This document shows, one piece after another, positions 6,906 through 16,543 of a DNA stretch of 21,685 nucleotides. A model generated the notes under the pieces. It ran no database searches. It had not been told where the DNA came from and worked only from the letters and a program-made list of their open reading frames with translations. The first letter of the stretch is position 1. The number at the start of each line of letters is the position of its first letter. The position numbers and the translations under genes were made by a program. Source of the DNA: Nautiliaceae bacterium (GTDB lineage Bacteria > Campylobacterota > Campylobacteria > Campylobacterales > Nautiliaceae); the NCBI GenBank assembly GCA_039831155.1, contig JBDONT010000025.1, positions 1-21,685 of the forward strand, in the 5' to 3' direction.

Positions 6906-7624
6906 AAGCGCTTGAAGTTAAAAACCTATATTTTAAATACGAAAAAGAAACCGTCCTTGAAAACATAAATTTCGATTTAAACGACAAAGAGTTTATGGCG
7001 ATTATCGGTCCTAACGGGGGAGGTAAAACCACCCTTCTTAAACTGATACTGGGATTTTTAAAACCCTTTAAGGGTGAAATTAAAATATACTCAAAACCGC
7101 CTCATGAGATTAGCGAAATTATAGGATACGTTCCCCAACATACAAACTTCTCACTCGACATTCCCATTACGGTGTTTGATATAGTTTTGCAGGGAAGGCT
7201 TAAAAAAGGTAAGTTTTTTTATGATAAAAAAGACAAAGAAAAAGCCGAAGAAGTCCTTAAAACACTGAAAATCGAAGAGTTTAAAAACAGAAAAATAAAA
7301 GACCTCTCGGGCGGCCAAAGACAAAAAGTGTTGATTGCAAGAGCTCTTGTAAGCGAACCTAAAATTGTCATAATGGACGAACCGACAAGTGCAATTGACC
7401 CTACGGGACAAAAAGAAATCTTAGACCTCATCGAAAGTCTTGACATTACAAGGGTGGTGGTAAGCCACGATATAAAAATACTTTTAAGAAAGGTGGATAA
7501 AATCGCCTTCATTAACAAAAAAGCGGTAATTCACGAAGGACCGAAACTCAATATTCCAAAAGACAAACATTTCTGCGAAGTGGAGCTAATCGAATTTTTA
7601 AAGGATGAATCGTGTGGGATTTAA
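6902..7624 (+). CDS. znuC: Metal ABC transporter ATP-binding protein
   Basis: GPNGGGKT Walker A, IGYVPQ, LSGGQRQ signature, MDEPT Walker B, VSHD, C-terminal HFCEVEL. Confidence 0.88.
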   Translation: MKALEVKNLYFKYEKETVLENINFDLNDKEFMAIIGPNGGGKTTLLKLILGFLKPFKGEIKIYSKPPHEISEIIGYVPQHTNFSLDIPITVFDIVLQGRLKKGKFFYDKKDKEKAEEVLKTLKIEEFKNRKIKDLSGGQRQKVLIARALVSEPKIVIMDEPTSAIDPTGQKEILDLIESLDITRVVVSHDIKILLRKVDKIAFINKKAVIHEGPKLNIPKDKHFCEVELIEFLKDESCGI

Positions 7625-8391
7625 TAGGAAATTCCGTATATGCCGGAATACTTATCAGCATTGCGATAGGAATAATAGGAAGCCTGATAGTTATCAATAA
7701 AGCAACGGCAATTACCGGAAGTATAGCCCACGGAAGTTTCGGGGGTATCGGAATCGGGATATTTTTAGGCATAAACATTTTACTCTCAACCACTATTTTT
7801 ACCCTCTTTTTAGCCCTGCTTCTCTCAATCATTACGATTTATTACAAACACCGCTCAGACAGTCTCATAGGCGTAATCTGGGCTCTTGGAATGAGTGTGG
7901 GTATTATATTCTTAAATCTTACACCCGGATACAATGCGGATGCGTTAAGTTATCTATTCGGTAACATACTGTTAATCGAAAACAGCGACTTATGGATGAT
8001 GATAGCAGTCGATTTACTGCTTTTAATTTCCATTACCATACTTTACAACAGATTTCTTGCCATGAGTTACGATATCGATTTTCTTAAAGTAAGAGGAATT
8101 AACGGTAACTTGCTTTATACCTATTTCCTGATTCTCACATCCCTTACAATCGTTATGAGTGTTAGGGCCATCGGTATTATTTTAATCTTAGCACTTTTTA
8201 CCATCCCGCCTCTAATTGCTGAAAAATTTACCAAAAAATTTTATCAGATGATTATATTAAGTTCTTTTCTTTCGGCAATTTTTATAATCGGAGGAATAAT
8301 AATCAGCTATTTTTACGATTTAGCCCCGACACCCGTTATCGTTATACTTGCGGCTTCGGGGCTATTTTTGAGTATGTTTAGGAGAAGTTAA
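7612..8391 (+). CDS. znuB: Metal ABC transporter permease (ABC-3 family)
   Basis: Multiple TM helices, IAHGSFGG, LSYLFGNIL, GIILILALFTIPPL. Confidence 0.88.
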   Translation: MWDLIGNSVYAGILISIAIGIIGSLIVINKATAITGSIAHGSFGGIGIGIFLGINILLSTTIFTLFLALLLSIITIYYKHRSDSLIGVIWALGMSVGIIFLNLTPGYNADALSYLFGNILLIENSDLWMMIAVDLLLLISITILYNRFLAMSYDIDFLKVRGINGNLLYTYFLILTSLTIVMSVRAIGIILILALFTIPPLIAEKFTKKFYQMIILSSFLSAIFIIGGIIISYFYDLAPTPVIVILAASGLFLSMFRRS

Positions 8392-8755
8392 AGTTTAACG
8401 GCCATTTCGGCAGGAGTCAAAGTTTTCACTTTTGAGGTTTTAAAGCATTTTTTATCTCTTGTAACTATATAATCTATACCTTTCATATATGTGCTTGAAT
8501 AAACAATACTGTCTTCAAAATCATTAAAACCGCTTTGTTAACCTCGGCTATTTCAAACAGTTTTAAAAGTTTATAGACAATTTCATCCGCCGTTTTTTAT
8601 TAAGAGACTTTGAAATTAAATAATATATTATATCTATATATCTATACTCGAAGCACATAAAAACCCTTCAATCTTTTTATTTTCAACTGCACTGAAAATT
8701 TTATACATCTCCTCAAAAAACGGTTCTCTTTCTAAAAAAAATCTAGTACGACATT
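8388..8755 (-). pseudogene. Degraded PIN-domain (VapC-like) toxin gene, 5'-truncated with several frameshifts
   Basis: Manual translation across frames gives NVVLDFF(L)EREPFFEEMYKIFSAVENKKIEGFLCASSIDI/IYYLISKSLNKK/ADEIVYKLLKLFEIAEVNK/SGFNDFEDSIVYSSTYMKGIDYIVTRDKKCFKTSKVKTLTPAEMAVKL*; the (DT)NVVLD, DFED and IVTRD motifs are PIN_3-type. Confidence 0.85.
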
Positions 8756-8789
8756 ATTTTTAGTATAATTTCAACAAAAAGGAAAAATC

Positions 8790-9401
8790 TTGTATCTTGT
8801 AAGTGAAGAACGCTTTGAAAAAATGAAAAACATATTATATACACGTCAAAACACCTTAAGAGTATTTATGGATTATGTTTATTCTTCTCATAATCTTGCG
8901 GCAATAGTACGTACTTGCGATGCAGTAAATATAGGTAAACTTTATTATAGACATCAAAAAAAAGTTAAATTGAATACTGAAATTACAATGGGAGCTCACA
9001 AATGGATATTTCACGAATATATTGATAATATTGAAGATTTTTACAAAAACATAAAAAAAGAAGGTTATCAAGTCGTTGTAACACTTCTTGATAATGAAAC
9101 GGTTGATTTTAGGGAAATTGATTATACGAAACCCACTCTTATAGTATTAGGCAACGAGGTGGAAGGAGCAAGTGATATAAGTATAAAATATGCCGATAAA
9201 AAAGTAAAAATTCCTATGTACGGAATGAGCCAAAGTCTTAACGTATCGGTAGCAAATGCCGTAATTTTATATGAAGCACAAAGACAAAGAGCGACAAAAA
9301 GAATGTATGACACCCCTTCTCTTCCACAAGATTTAATAGAAAAAACACTTAAAAAGTGGGCTTACGATGATATAATCGAAAAAGAATTAAAAAAAAGATA
9401 A
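8790..9401 (+). CDS. trmH: tRNA (guanosine-18 2'-O)-methyltransferase, SpoU/TrmH family
   Basis: HNLAAIVRTCDA, MGAHKW, VLGNEVEG, IPMYGMSQSLNVSVA, YEAQRQR; TTG start with AAGGA; TATAAT at 8764-8769. Confidence 0.9.
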   Translation: MYLVSEERFEKMKNILYTRQNTLRVFMDYVYSSHNLAAIVRTCDAVNIGKLYYRHQKKVKLNTEITMGAHKWIFHEYIDNIEDFYKNIKKEGYQVVVTLLDNETVDFREIDYTKPTLIVLGNEVEGASDISIKYADKKVKIPMYGMSQSLNVSVANAVILYEAQRQRATKRMYDTPSLPQDLIEKTLKKWAYDDIIEKELKKR

Positions 9402-9402
9402 T

Positions 9403-10527
9403 TTATTTTTCTTTCACTATCAAATTTACGGACCGATTATTTGCGTTAATAACTATTTTCCCCGAATCCCCTTTTATACTAAAATACAAAGTGTTTGCAT
9501 CTTTATAACCTATTTTATAAAAAGTTAAATTCGGACTATATTTATAATTTACTTTCAAAATTCTATCGTATTTATTCAAAGGCTTAAAATACAAAAAATA
9601 AGTGATATTAGGTTTTATAAAAAAAGAAGCTTTTATACCTTCGACTTTTAATAAATTTTTTTGTTTTTCCACTTGAAACGACCAAGAGAAATTATAAAGC
9701 TTCCCATCTATTAAAAATTGAGCTTTTGCTTTATAAGTTTCTCCATATTTTAAACGTTTTAAAGGGAAAAGAACGAATTGAGTCTTTTTTAAAAGATGAT
9801 TAATATCATTTTTATAATCGATGATTTTAGCAGAGACTTTTTTATTTTTTAAAAACAAATTAAAAGAGACCAACTTAATATTTTTAAAATAATAAGGATT
9901 AAAACTAATACTTATAGGATAACCGCAAACTCCGTAATCCGGCATAGGGTCCGGAACTTCATCGTAAAAAACGGCAGGAGTATTTTTCATACCGTCATAA
10001 GGCCACACTACTACTTTAGGATTATGTTTCATTTGAAAATTAAAAATTTCTAAAGGTATAAGTTTATCATATTCTTTACAAACTCCAGCCACACCTGATA
10101 AAATACGATTTTTCTCCGAACATAATTTATTTATAAAAGAATTTCCCATTTCGTACACATAAATATTTTTATAATTATAAAATCCTATTTCATTAATATT
10201 AAAATCTAAAAACCCGAACCTATGATAAATAGCACTAAACAAATCTTTAATAGATTCTTTATAATCAATTTCTCCTTTAGATAGGTTTTCTATTACAAAT
10301 CTAGATTCATAACCACAAGATAAAGCCCTGGAAAAAGGAAATTTTAAAACAGACTCATAATGAGAAAAAGAGTTGTTTTTTAAGTAATCAATATGCATTT
10401 TAGAAGCACATATTAAAGAATTATTAAGAAATAAAATATTTAATCCCGCCAATGTTCTATATTTATTTAACATCTCCAAAGGATTCGCCCATAAAAACAC
10501 TACAAAAAACAACAAAAACCTAATCAA
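9403..10527 (-). CDS. Secreted CAP (SCP-like) domain protein
   Basis: Signal peptide, LNKYRTLAGL, ASKMHIDYL, SHYE, ENLS, SAIYHRFGFL, EVPDPMP, GYPISI. Confidence 0.8.
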   Translation of the reverse strand: MIRFLLFFVVFLWANPLEMLNKYRTLAGLNILFLNNSLICASKMHIDYLKNNSFSHYESVLKFPFSRALSCGYESRFVIENLSKGEIDYKESIKDLFSAIYHRFGFLDFNINEIGFYNYKNIYVYEMGNSFINKLCSEKNRILSGVAGVCKEYDKLIPLEIFNFQMKHNPKVVVWPYDGMKNTPAVFYDEVPDPMPDYGVCGYPISISFNPYYFKNIKLVSFNLFLKNKKVSAKIIDYKNDINHLLKKTQFVLFPLKRLKYGETYKAKAQFLIDGKLYNFSWSFQVEKQKNLLKVEGIKASFFIKPNITYFLYFKPLNKYDRILKVNYKYSPNLTFYKIGYKDANTLYFSIKGDSGKIVINANNRSVNLIVKEK

Positions 10528-11216
10528 AACTCAATAATCCTTCCAACACCACCAGGAATATAATTATCTTTATACTCTTCTTGAAACATTTCAATAGCCA
10601 AATTACCCGAACAATGTGTAGGAGTTACATATTCAACCCCTAAAGCTTTAAGCTCTTTAATAACTTTTTTTATTTCATCTTCTGAACTTCTCATTAAATG
10701 AAATCCTCCAAGAGCATACAAAATCGGTTTATTAATAATTTTTATCGCTTCTTTTACTATATTTACAATTCCCGGATGAGCACATCCGGTAACCACCACG
10801 CCAAACTCTCCCTCATCAATAACCAAACTCTGCTCGCCTATAGGTTCCATAACTCCCGTTGTATAAAAGCTACCGAATAGTTTTTTAGCTTCATTTACAA
10901 CTATTATTTCACGGGAAAGTTTCTTTAAGTCTCTAATATAAAGTTTAGATAAAGAATTAGGCAATATAAGACTCAAACGATTATTAATATCCAAAACACT
11001 ATCAATTCCTCCTATATGGTCCCAATGAGGATGAGAAACAAAAAGATACTTTAAATTATTCAAATCAATACCTATTTTTACCATATTTCTTAATAAAGCA
11101 CGTCCGTTACTTCCCGTATCAAATAAAAAATAATCATTTATTACACAACTAAACCCCCAAAAACTTTCCAGTTTTTCATTTGCTACGTAATTATCGAAAA
11201 CTATTGAAAATTTCAT
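10524..11216 (-). CDS. MBL-fold metallo-hydrolase
   Basis: WGFS, FDTG, SHPHWDHIGG (HxHxDH), TGCAHPG, GGFHL, PTHCSG. Confidence 0.88.
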   Translation of the reverse strand: MKFSIVFDNYVANEKLESFWGFSCVINDYFLFDTGSNGRALLRNMVKIGIDLNNLKYLFVSHPHWDHIGGIDSVLDINNRLSLILPNSLSKLYIRDLKKLSREIIVVNEAKKLFGSFYTTGVMEPIGEQSLVIDEGEFGVVVTGCAHPGIVNIVKEAIKIINKPILYALGGFHLMRSSEDEIKKVIKELKALGVEYVTPTHCSGNLAIEMFQEEYKDNYIPGGVGRIIEF

Positions 11217-11821
11217 TTTTTACCCCTTATAACCTTAAAAGCCCCACCGTTACAATCGTTTATTTTAAATTTTAAATTCTCAAGCGTATCGCCGTATAGA
11301 TTTTCTTTACACTCAAACTCTTTAAATCCGGTTTTTTTCATAAGATTGATTATATCGTCTTTACCAAAAAAATTAGCCGGTGCGTAAAATTTTGAATTAT
11401 GTTTATTCTTTTCATATGTTTTACCAAGAGGAGAATTTTTATCCACAAAAGCTATAAGTAAATATCCACCATTTTTCAAAGCATTATAACAATTCCGAAC
11501 AGCTTTTAAAGGGTCATTTACAAAACAGATAGTAGTTATTATTAAAACAAAATCAAACTCTTCTTTAAACTCCATCTCTTCAACAGTTATTTCAATTACT
11601 TTTATACCCCTATTTTTTGCAAGTTCGGCCATTTTTTTACTTGGTTCAATACCTAATTCTATACCAAGAGGAGCGGCAAACCTTCCACTCCCTACTCCAA
11701 CCTCAAGTCCTTTACCTTTTGGCAAAAGAGTTTTTATAGTTTTTAACTCTTCTTCATAAATTTTAGAGTATTTTTCAAACCACCTTTCATAATCTTCATA
11801 ATACAAATCAAATAAATTCAC
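11213..11821 (-). CDS. Class I SAM-dependent methyltransferase
   Basis: LEVGVGSGRF motif I, GIEPS, FDFVL, TTICFV, LKNGG. Confidence 0.88.
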   Translation of the reverse strand: MNLFDLYYEDYERWFEKYSKIYEEELKTIKTLLPKGKGLEVGVGSGRFAAPLGIELGIEPSKKMAELAKNRGIKVIEITVEEMEFKEEFDFVLIITTICFVNDPLKAVRNCYNALKNGGYLLIAFVDKNSPLGKTYEKNKHNSKFYAPANFFGKDDIINLMKKTGFKEFECKENLYGDTLENLKFKINDCNGGAFKVIRGKK

Positions 11822-12787
11822 TTAAACAACTTTATAAGCAAATCTTTTTCCAGCAAACATTGGTTTTACCTCTCCTACAATATAAGGAGCCGTCCACTCC
11901 TCTTCTACTAATTCAACCTCTTTTTTAGGAATATTCAAATTAAAATTCTCTCTAGCGTTATTACTTATAAATTTTTGAAAAGTATCAACATCACCTTCAA
12001 AAAATTCAGCCAACGCCGGTAAAATAACCGGTGCACTAAATAATCCGGCAGCACCTTTTAGTTTGTTTTTTATAGAATGAGGAGCACTGTCACTTCCGAA
12101 CATTACCTTTTTATGTCCCGATTTTACAATTTCTTGTAAAGCATCTCTGTCTTTTGGAGTTTTAACTACCGGCTTACAGAAATTATAAGGATTTAAACTA
12201 CCGCCTATTAAATCATCAAGAGTTAAAAGCAGATGATGAAGCGTTACGGTAGCGTATAAATTATCATATCTGTCTAAAAGCTCAACTAAATTATAAGTTG
12301 AAATATGCTCCATTATAATTTTTAAGTTCGGAAAATCTTTAGCCATTTTTTCATACACAACGGCAAATTCTCTTTCCCTATCAAGCACAAATCCGTTTGT
12401 TTCTCCGTGTACCGAAAGAGGAATTCCAAGCTCTTGCATAATTTCTAAAACCGGATAAACGTTTTCAATGGATTTCACCCCGTTTTCAGAATTAGTGGTA
12501 ATTCCTGCCGGATAAAGTTTAACGGCAAAAATTTCATCCCTTAATAACTCAAGTTCGTCTTTACTATATTCTCTCATAAAAAGATTCATCAAAGGTGTAA
12601 AGTCTTTAGAGTTGTTTAAAATCTCCTCTTTATAAGAAATAAGTCTGTCGATATTATCAACCGGTGGTACAAGATTTGGCATAACTACAGCAGCTGCAAA
12701 CTGTTTAGTAGTATAAGGTATAACATCGCTAAGCATTTTACCTTCGCGAAGATGTAAATGCATATCAATAGGAGTATCTAAAATCAT
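11822..12787 (-). CDS. pyrC: Dihydroorotase (homodimeric type)
   Basis: DMHLHLR, VMPNLVPP, KLYPAGITTNS, HGE, MEHIST, FCKPVVK, GSDSAPH; TGTTAAAAT promoter at 12815-12807. Confidence 0.95.
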   Translation of the reverse strand: MILDTPIDMHLHLREGKMLSDVIPYTTKQFAAAVVMPNLVPPVDNIDRLISYKEEILNNSKDFTPLMNLFMREYSKDELELLRDEIFAVKLYPAGITTNSENGVKSIENVYPVLEIMQELGIPLSVHGETNGFVLDREREFAVVYEKMAKDFPNLKIIMEHISTYNLVELLDRYDNLYATVTLHHLLLTLDDLIGGSLNPYNFCKPVVKTPKDRDALQEIVKSGHKKVMFGSDSAPHSIKNKLKGAAGLFSAPVILPALAEFFEGDVDTFQKFISNNARENFNLNIPKKEVELVEEEWTAPYIVGEVKPMFAGKRFAYKVV

Positions 12788-12816
12788 AGAAAGCCTTTTT
12801 TATGAAATTTTAACAT

Positions 12817-13062
12817 TTATAAAACAAATTTAATATTTTTATGTTCTTGAAGTCTTTTAAAAAATTCGTTTCTTTCTTCTTCACTTGTTACATAAGCTTC
12901 AAACTTTTGAGAATGGTATTTTCCGTGTGAGTTATTGTCTTCTATTTTACACTCTTGATTGGTAATACACTCTTTTACGGCTTCTCTCATTTTCTCTTTA
13001 TCTTCTCCGATAATTCTAAATCCCCACATTCTTGGATATTCTATTTGTTCCTTTTTAGACAT
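12817..13062 (-). CDS. DUF493 / HP0495 (YbeD-like) family protein
   Basis: IEYPRMWGFRIIG, SHGKYHS, C-terminal IKFVL; strong SD AAGGAGG; TGATATAAT at 13104-13096. Confidence 0.85.
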   Translation of the reverse strand: MSKKEQIEYPRMWGFRIIGEDKEKMREAVKECITNQECKIEDNNSHGKYHSQKFEAYVTSEEERNEFFKRLQEHKNIKFVL

Positions 13063-13132
13063 AATCCCCTCCTTTAAACTTAAAATTTAATTAAGATTAT
13101 ATCAAATTCTTAAGGAAAAGTTAAGAAGCGGT

Positions 13133-14965
13133 TTACATAAAGTAAACCACCGGCACAATTGTAGGATATTTTTTCGTTTTTCTAAATACGTGTTTTCTTA
13201 TAACGTTTCTTAATTCGTTTTCAAAAATTCTGTTTTTCTCATACACATAATCTTTGGCGTGATTGATATAATTAATTAAAATATCTTCCATCTCTTTTGC
13301 AAAATTTTTATCTTCTTTATCAGCAATAATTCCATAAGTTGTCACACGAGGGCGTGAGATAAGTTTTTTATTTTGTTTATCCACTTGGGCAACTATCATA
13401 ATAATACCCTCATTCGCCAATTTTTGTCTATCTACTACAATATCGTTTTCTATTTTTTCATTAATTTGATTGTCAATATAAATTTTTCCTACTTTTACAG
13501 ATTTAACTTTTCTAACTCTCTTTGGAGTAATTTCCCACTGTTCTCCGTCTTCCATAACAAATATATTCTTTTCATACATCCCGATACTCATAGCTGTCTC
13601 TTTATGCTTTACAAGATGATTATATTCTCCGTGTACCGGAAAGAAATATTTAGGTTTTACAAGACGAAGCATAAGTTTTTGTTCTTCTTGAGCCGCATGT
13701 CCTGATACGTGAATTTCACTAAAATCTTGATAAGCTACTTTTGCACCTTTTTTCATTAAAAAGTTTATAAGTTGAGAAACTGTCGGTTCGTTTCCAGGAA
13801 TGGCTTTTGCAGAAATAATAATCTGGTCACCCTCTTTAATTTTTACGTGTCTGTGCTCATCAATCGCCATTCTATATAAAGCACTCATACTCTCACCCTG
13901 ACTTCCCGTAGTAATAATTAAAATTTCATGGTCTTGATATTTTCCTATTTCATAAGGGTCTATAAAAATGTCTCTTGGAAGTTTAATATACCCTAAATCC
14001 ATTGCTACATTTAGGTTTTGTTCCATACTTCTACCGATTATACAAACTTTTCTACCGTATTTAATACCTCTTTCTATTGCTTGATATACTCTATGAATAT
14101 TAGAAGAGAATGTAGACATAATAACCCTGCCTGTAGCTTTTAGGAAAAGGTCATCAAATGTTTTTCCCACTACACTCTCACTCGGAGTCACTCCCTGTTT
14201 ATATGAGTTTGTAGAATCACTAAAAAGTGCTAAAACCCCTTTTTCCCCATAATAAGCAAATCTATGTAAATCCGGTGCATATCCGTCAATAGGTGTATGG
14301 TCGATTTTGAAATCACCCGTATGAATAATAGTACCAACTGGTGTTTGAATAGCAAGCGATGAGCTGTCAATAATTGAGTGAGTCATATGAATCCACTCTA
14401 TTTTAAAATCCCCAATTTGAATAGGAGTTCTCTTTTTAACACTTCTAAAATAACTTTTATACTGCAAAAGCTTATGTTCTTTAAATTTGTTTTCTATCAT
14501 CGCAAGAGGAAGAGAAGTTCCGTAAATCGGAAATTGCATCTCTTTAAACAAATAAGGCACGGCTCCTATATGGTCTTCGTGTCCGTGAGTAATAATAAGA
14601 CCTTTTATTTTATGACGAATTTCTCTTAAATAACTAAAATCCGGAATTAAAATATCAACTCCGTGCATATCTTCATTAGGAAAACTCATCCCGCAATCTA
14701 TAATAACGGCATTGTTTTCAGTTTCAAGTACCGCACAGTTCCCACCAATTTCATCAAGTCCTCCAAGAGGGGTAAATCTAACCCATCCTTTTGCATTATT
14801 ATCTATTTTTGTGTGCGAATTGAGTCTCGCTTGTTGTATTTTTTCATTTTCATTAAAAGCCTTGTTTAAATCTTTAAACCAAACAAAATTTTTAGGGTCA
14901 ACTTTTTTTTGAACGATTTTTCTTGAAGATTTATTAAACACGGCTTTTTGATTTTTTTCTTCCAT
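13133..14965 (-). CDS. rnj: Ribonuclease J
   Basis: PLGGLDEIGGN, THGHEDHIG, HTGDFKID, DSTN, STFSSN, TGSQGE, HVSGHA, PVHGE. Confidence 0.97.
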   Translation of the reverse strand: MEEKNQKAVFNKSSRKIVQKKVDPKNFVWFKDLNKAFNENEKIQQARLNSHTKIDNNAKGWVRFTPLGGLDEIGGNCAVLETENNAVIIDCGMSFPNEDMHGVDILIPDFSYLREIRHKIKGLIITHGHEDHIGAVPYLFKEMQFPIYGTSLPLAMIENKFKEHKLLQYKSYFRSVKKRTPIQIGDFKIEWIHMTHSIIDSSSLAIQTPVGTIIHTGDFKIDHTPIDGYAPDLHRFAYYGEKGVLALFSDSTNSYKQGVTPSESVVGKTFDDLFLKATGRVIMSTFSSNIHRVYQAIERGIKYGRKVCIIGRSMEQNLNVAMDLGYIKLPRDIFIDPYEIGKYQDHEILIITTGSQGESMSALYRMAIDEHRHVKIKEGDQIIISAKAIPGNEPTVSQLINFLMKKGAKVAYQDFSEIHVSGHAAQEEQKLMLRLVKPKYFFPVHGEYNHLVKHKETAMSIGMYEKNIFVMEDGEQWEITPKRVRKVKSVKVGKIYIDNQINEKIENDIVVDRQKLANEGIIMIVAQVDKQNKKLISRPRVTTYGIIADKEDKNFAKEMEDILINYINHAKDYVYEKNRIFENELRNVIRKHVFRKTKKYPTIVPVVYFM

Positions 14966-14987
14966 TTTTAACTCCTTTCTTTAAAGC

Positions 14988-15722
14988 CTAGCGCACTTTA
15001 GAAAAGAGCCGGAAAAAAGTAGAGCCGTCTACTTGATGAGGTCTTATATTTTTGGCAAGGTCAAAATCTTCGGGATTAAAATTTTTATATTTTACGGATA
15101 AATTTTTCTTTAAAGTTTTTCTAGGATTTGCAAACGCAATTTTTAAAAATTTTGCAAAATCCTCATCATATGAATCTTTAAACTTTTCAAATAAAATTAC
15201 ACTGCTTGTAACCTTAGGAGCCGGTACAAAAGCTCCGGGAGGTATATCAAACAGCTTTTTAACATTAGCCATACTATTAGCTAAAATAGCTAAAGAGGAG
15301 TAGTTTTTATCTCCAACTTTAGCTGAAAATTTATCCGCAACCTCTTTTTGTATTAAAACAAGTATGTTTTTTGCATTTTTATCTTTTAAAGCTTTTAAAA
15401 TTATATTCGTTGCAATATAATAAGGTAAATTTGCAATTAAATCATACTTCTCATCCACTAAGCTGTCTTGCCAAATTTCTAAAACATCATCACATATCAA
15501 ATCTAAATTTGGAAATTTTTCTTTTAAAATTTCACAAAGGTCAGTATCAATTTCTACTGCTTTTACTCTTCTTTTTTCCAGCAGCTTTTCCGTTAAATCG
15601 CCTAAGCCAGGTCCAATTTCTACTACCAAATTATTGGTGTTGGGCATCGCTTCGACGATTTTTTCTAAATAGTGTTTATCTTTTAAGAAGTTTTGTCCGA
15701 ATTTTTTCTTTGCCTTGATTAT
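14988..15722 (-). CDS. rsmA: 16S rRNA m6,2A dimethyltransferase RsmA/KsgA; probably starts at ATA 15722 (~244 aa), not ATG 15647
   Basis: VEIGPGLG, ANLPYYI, QKEVA, AFVPAPKVTS. The frame stays open upstream of 15647 and encodes the conserved N-terminus (I)IKAKKKFGQNFLKD; there is no in-frame ATG/GTG/TTG before a TAG at 15788-15786. Confidence 0.9.
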   Translation of the reverse strand: MIKAKKKFGQNFLKDKHYLEKIVEAMPNTNNLVVEIGPGLGDLTEKLLEKRRVKAVEIDTDLCEILKEKFPNLDLICDDVLEIWQDSLVDEKYDLIANLPYYIATNIILKALKDKNAKNILVLIQKEVADKFSAKVGDKNYSSLAILANSMANVKKLFDIPPGAFVPAPKVTSSVILFEKFKDSYDEDFAKFLKIAFANPRKTLKKNLSVKYKNFNPEDFDLAKNIRPHQVDGSTFFRLFSKVR

Positions 15723-15751
15723 ATCATATCCTTTTTTTAATGTAAATAGTT

Positions 15752-15767
15752 TGATAAAATTATAACA
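15752..15767. promoter_or_regulatory. Overlapping divergent extended -10 promoters: hisF (TGATAAAAT, plus, 15752-15760) and rsmA (TGTTATAAT, minus, 15767-15759)
   Basis: Two TGnTAwAAT motifs on opposite strands in the short rsmA-hisF spacer. Confidence 0.5.
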
Positions 15768-15780
15768 AAAAAGGCTTTTA

Positions 15781-16542
15781 ATGGACTATTTTGCAAAGCG
15801 TATTATCCCTTGTCTTGATGTAAAAGACGGGAGAGTGGTTAAAGGAGTAAATTTTATCGGGTTAAGAGATGCCGGAGACCCGGTAGAAGCTGCCGTGCGT
15901 TATAATGAAGAAGGAGCAGATGAACTGACTTTTTTAGATATTACAGCAAGTTATGAAGGAAGAAAACCTATAGTTGATATCATCAAAGAAGTAGCCCGTG
16001 AAGTATTTATTCCCTTAACCGTCGGAGGAGGAATAAGCGAGCTTAGCGATATTTATGATTTATTAAACGTAGGATGTGATAAAGTTTCAATCAATTCGGC
16101 TGCAGTTAAAAAACCTAATTTTATAAACGAATCTTCTAAAAGATTTGGAAGTCAATGTATTGTAGTTGCAATTGACGTTAAAAAAGTAGCTTCTAATAAA
16201 TGGAATGTCTTTATAAAAGGTGGACGCGAAGATACCGGACTTGATGCAATCGAGTGGGCAAAAGAAGTAGTAGACAGAGGTGCCGGCGAAATTCTTTTAA
16301 CTTCAATGAATACAGACGGCACAAAAGCCGGGTTTGATATAGAAATTACAGAAAAAATATCTTCACTTGTAAACGTACCGGTAATCGCAAGTGGAGGAGC
16401 CGGGAAAATAGAACATTTCAAAGAAGTATTCGAACACAAAGCAGACGCAGCACTTGCCGCTAGTATTTTTCATTTTAGAGAAATTGATATTATGGATTTG
16501 AAAAACTATCTAAAAGAAAATTCTATAAGCGTGAGGATATAA
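15781..16542 (+). CDS. hisF: Imidazole glycerol phosphate synthase cyclase subunit
   Basis: [60 protein letters not shown]. Confidence 0.98.
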   Translation: MDYFAKRIIPCLDVKDGRVVKGVNFIGLRDAGDPVEAAVRYNEEGADELTFLDITASYEGRKPIVDIIKEVAREVFIPLTVGGGISELSDIYDLLNVGCDKVSINSAAVKKPNFINESSKRFGSQCIVVAIDVKKVASNKWNVFIKGGREDTGLDAIEWAKEVVDRGAGEILLTSMNTDGTKAGFDIEITEKISSLVNVPVIASGGAGKIEHFKEVFEHKADAALAASIFHFREIDIMDLKNYLKENSISVRI

Positions 16543-16543
16543 A

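Noticed and set aside
10905-10920. Third parS-like match TATTTCACGGGAAAGT
   Set aside because: Only 12/16, and it lacks the conserved outer G/C positions on both arms.
11439-11447. Perfect DnaA box TTATCCACA (another, TGTGGATAA, at 18843-18851)
   Set aside because: Isolated, intragenic and 7 kb apart, with no cluster, unwinding element or dnaA nearby; compatible with chance.
13110-13125. TTAAG-N6-TTAAG here and GTTAAA-N5-GTTAAA near 2782-2798 as response-regulator boxes
   Set aside because: Cannot be distinguished from the helically phased AT-rich signal typical upstream of Campylobacterota RpoD -10 elements.
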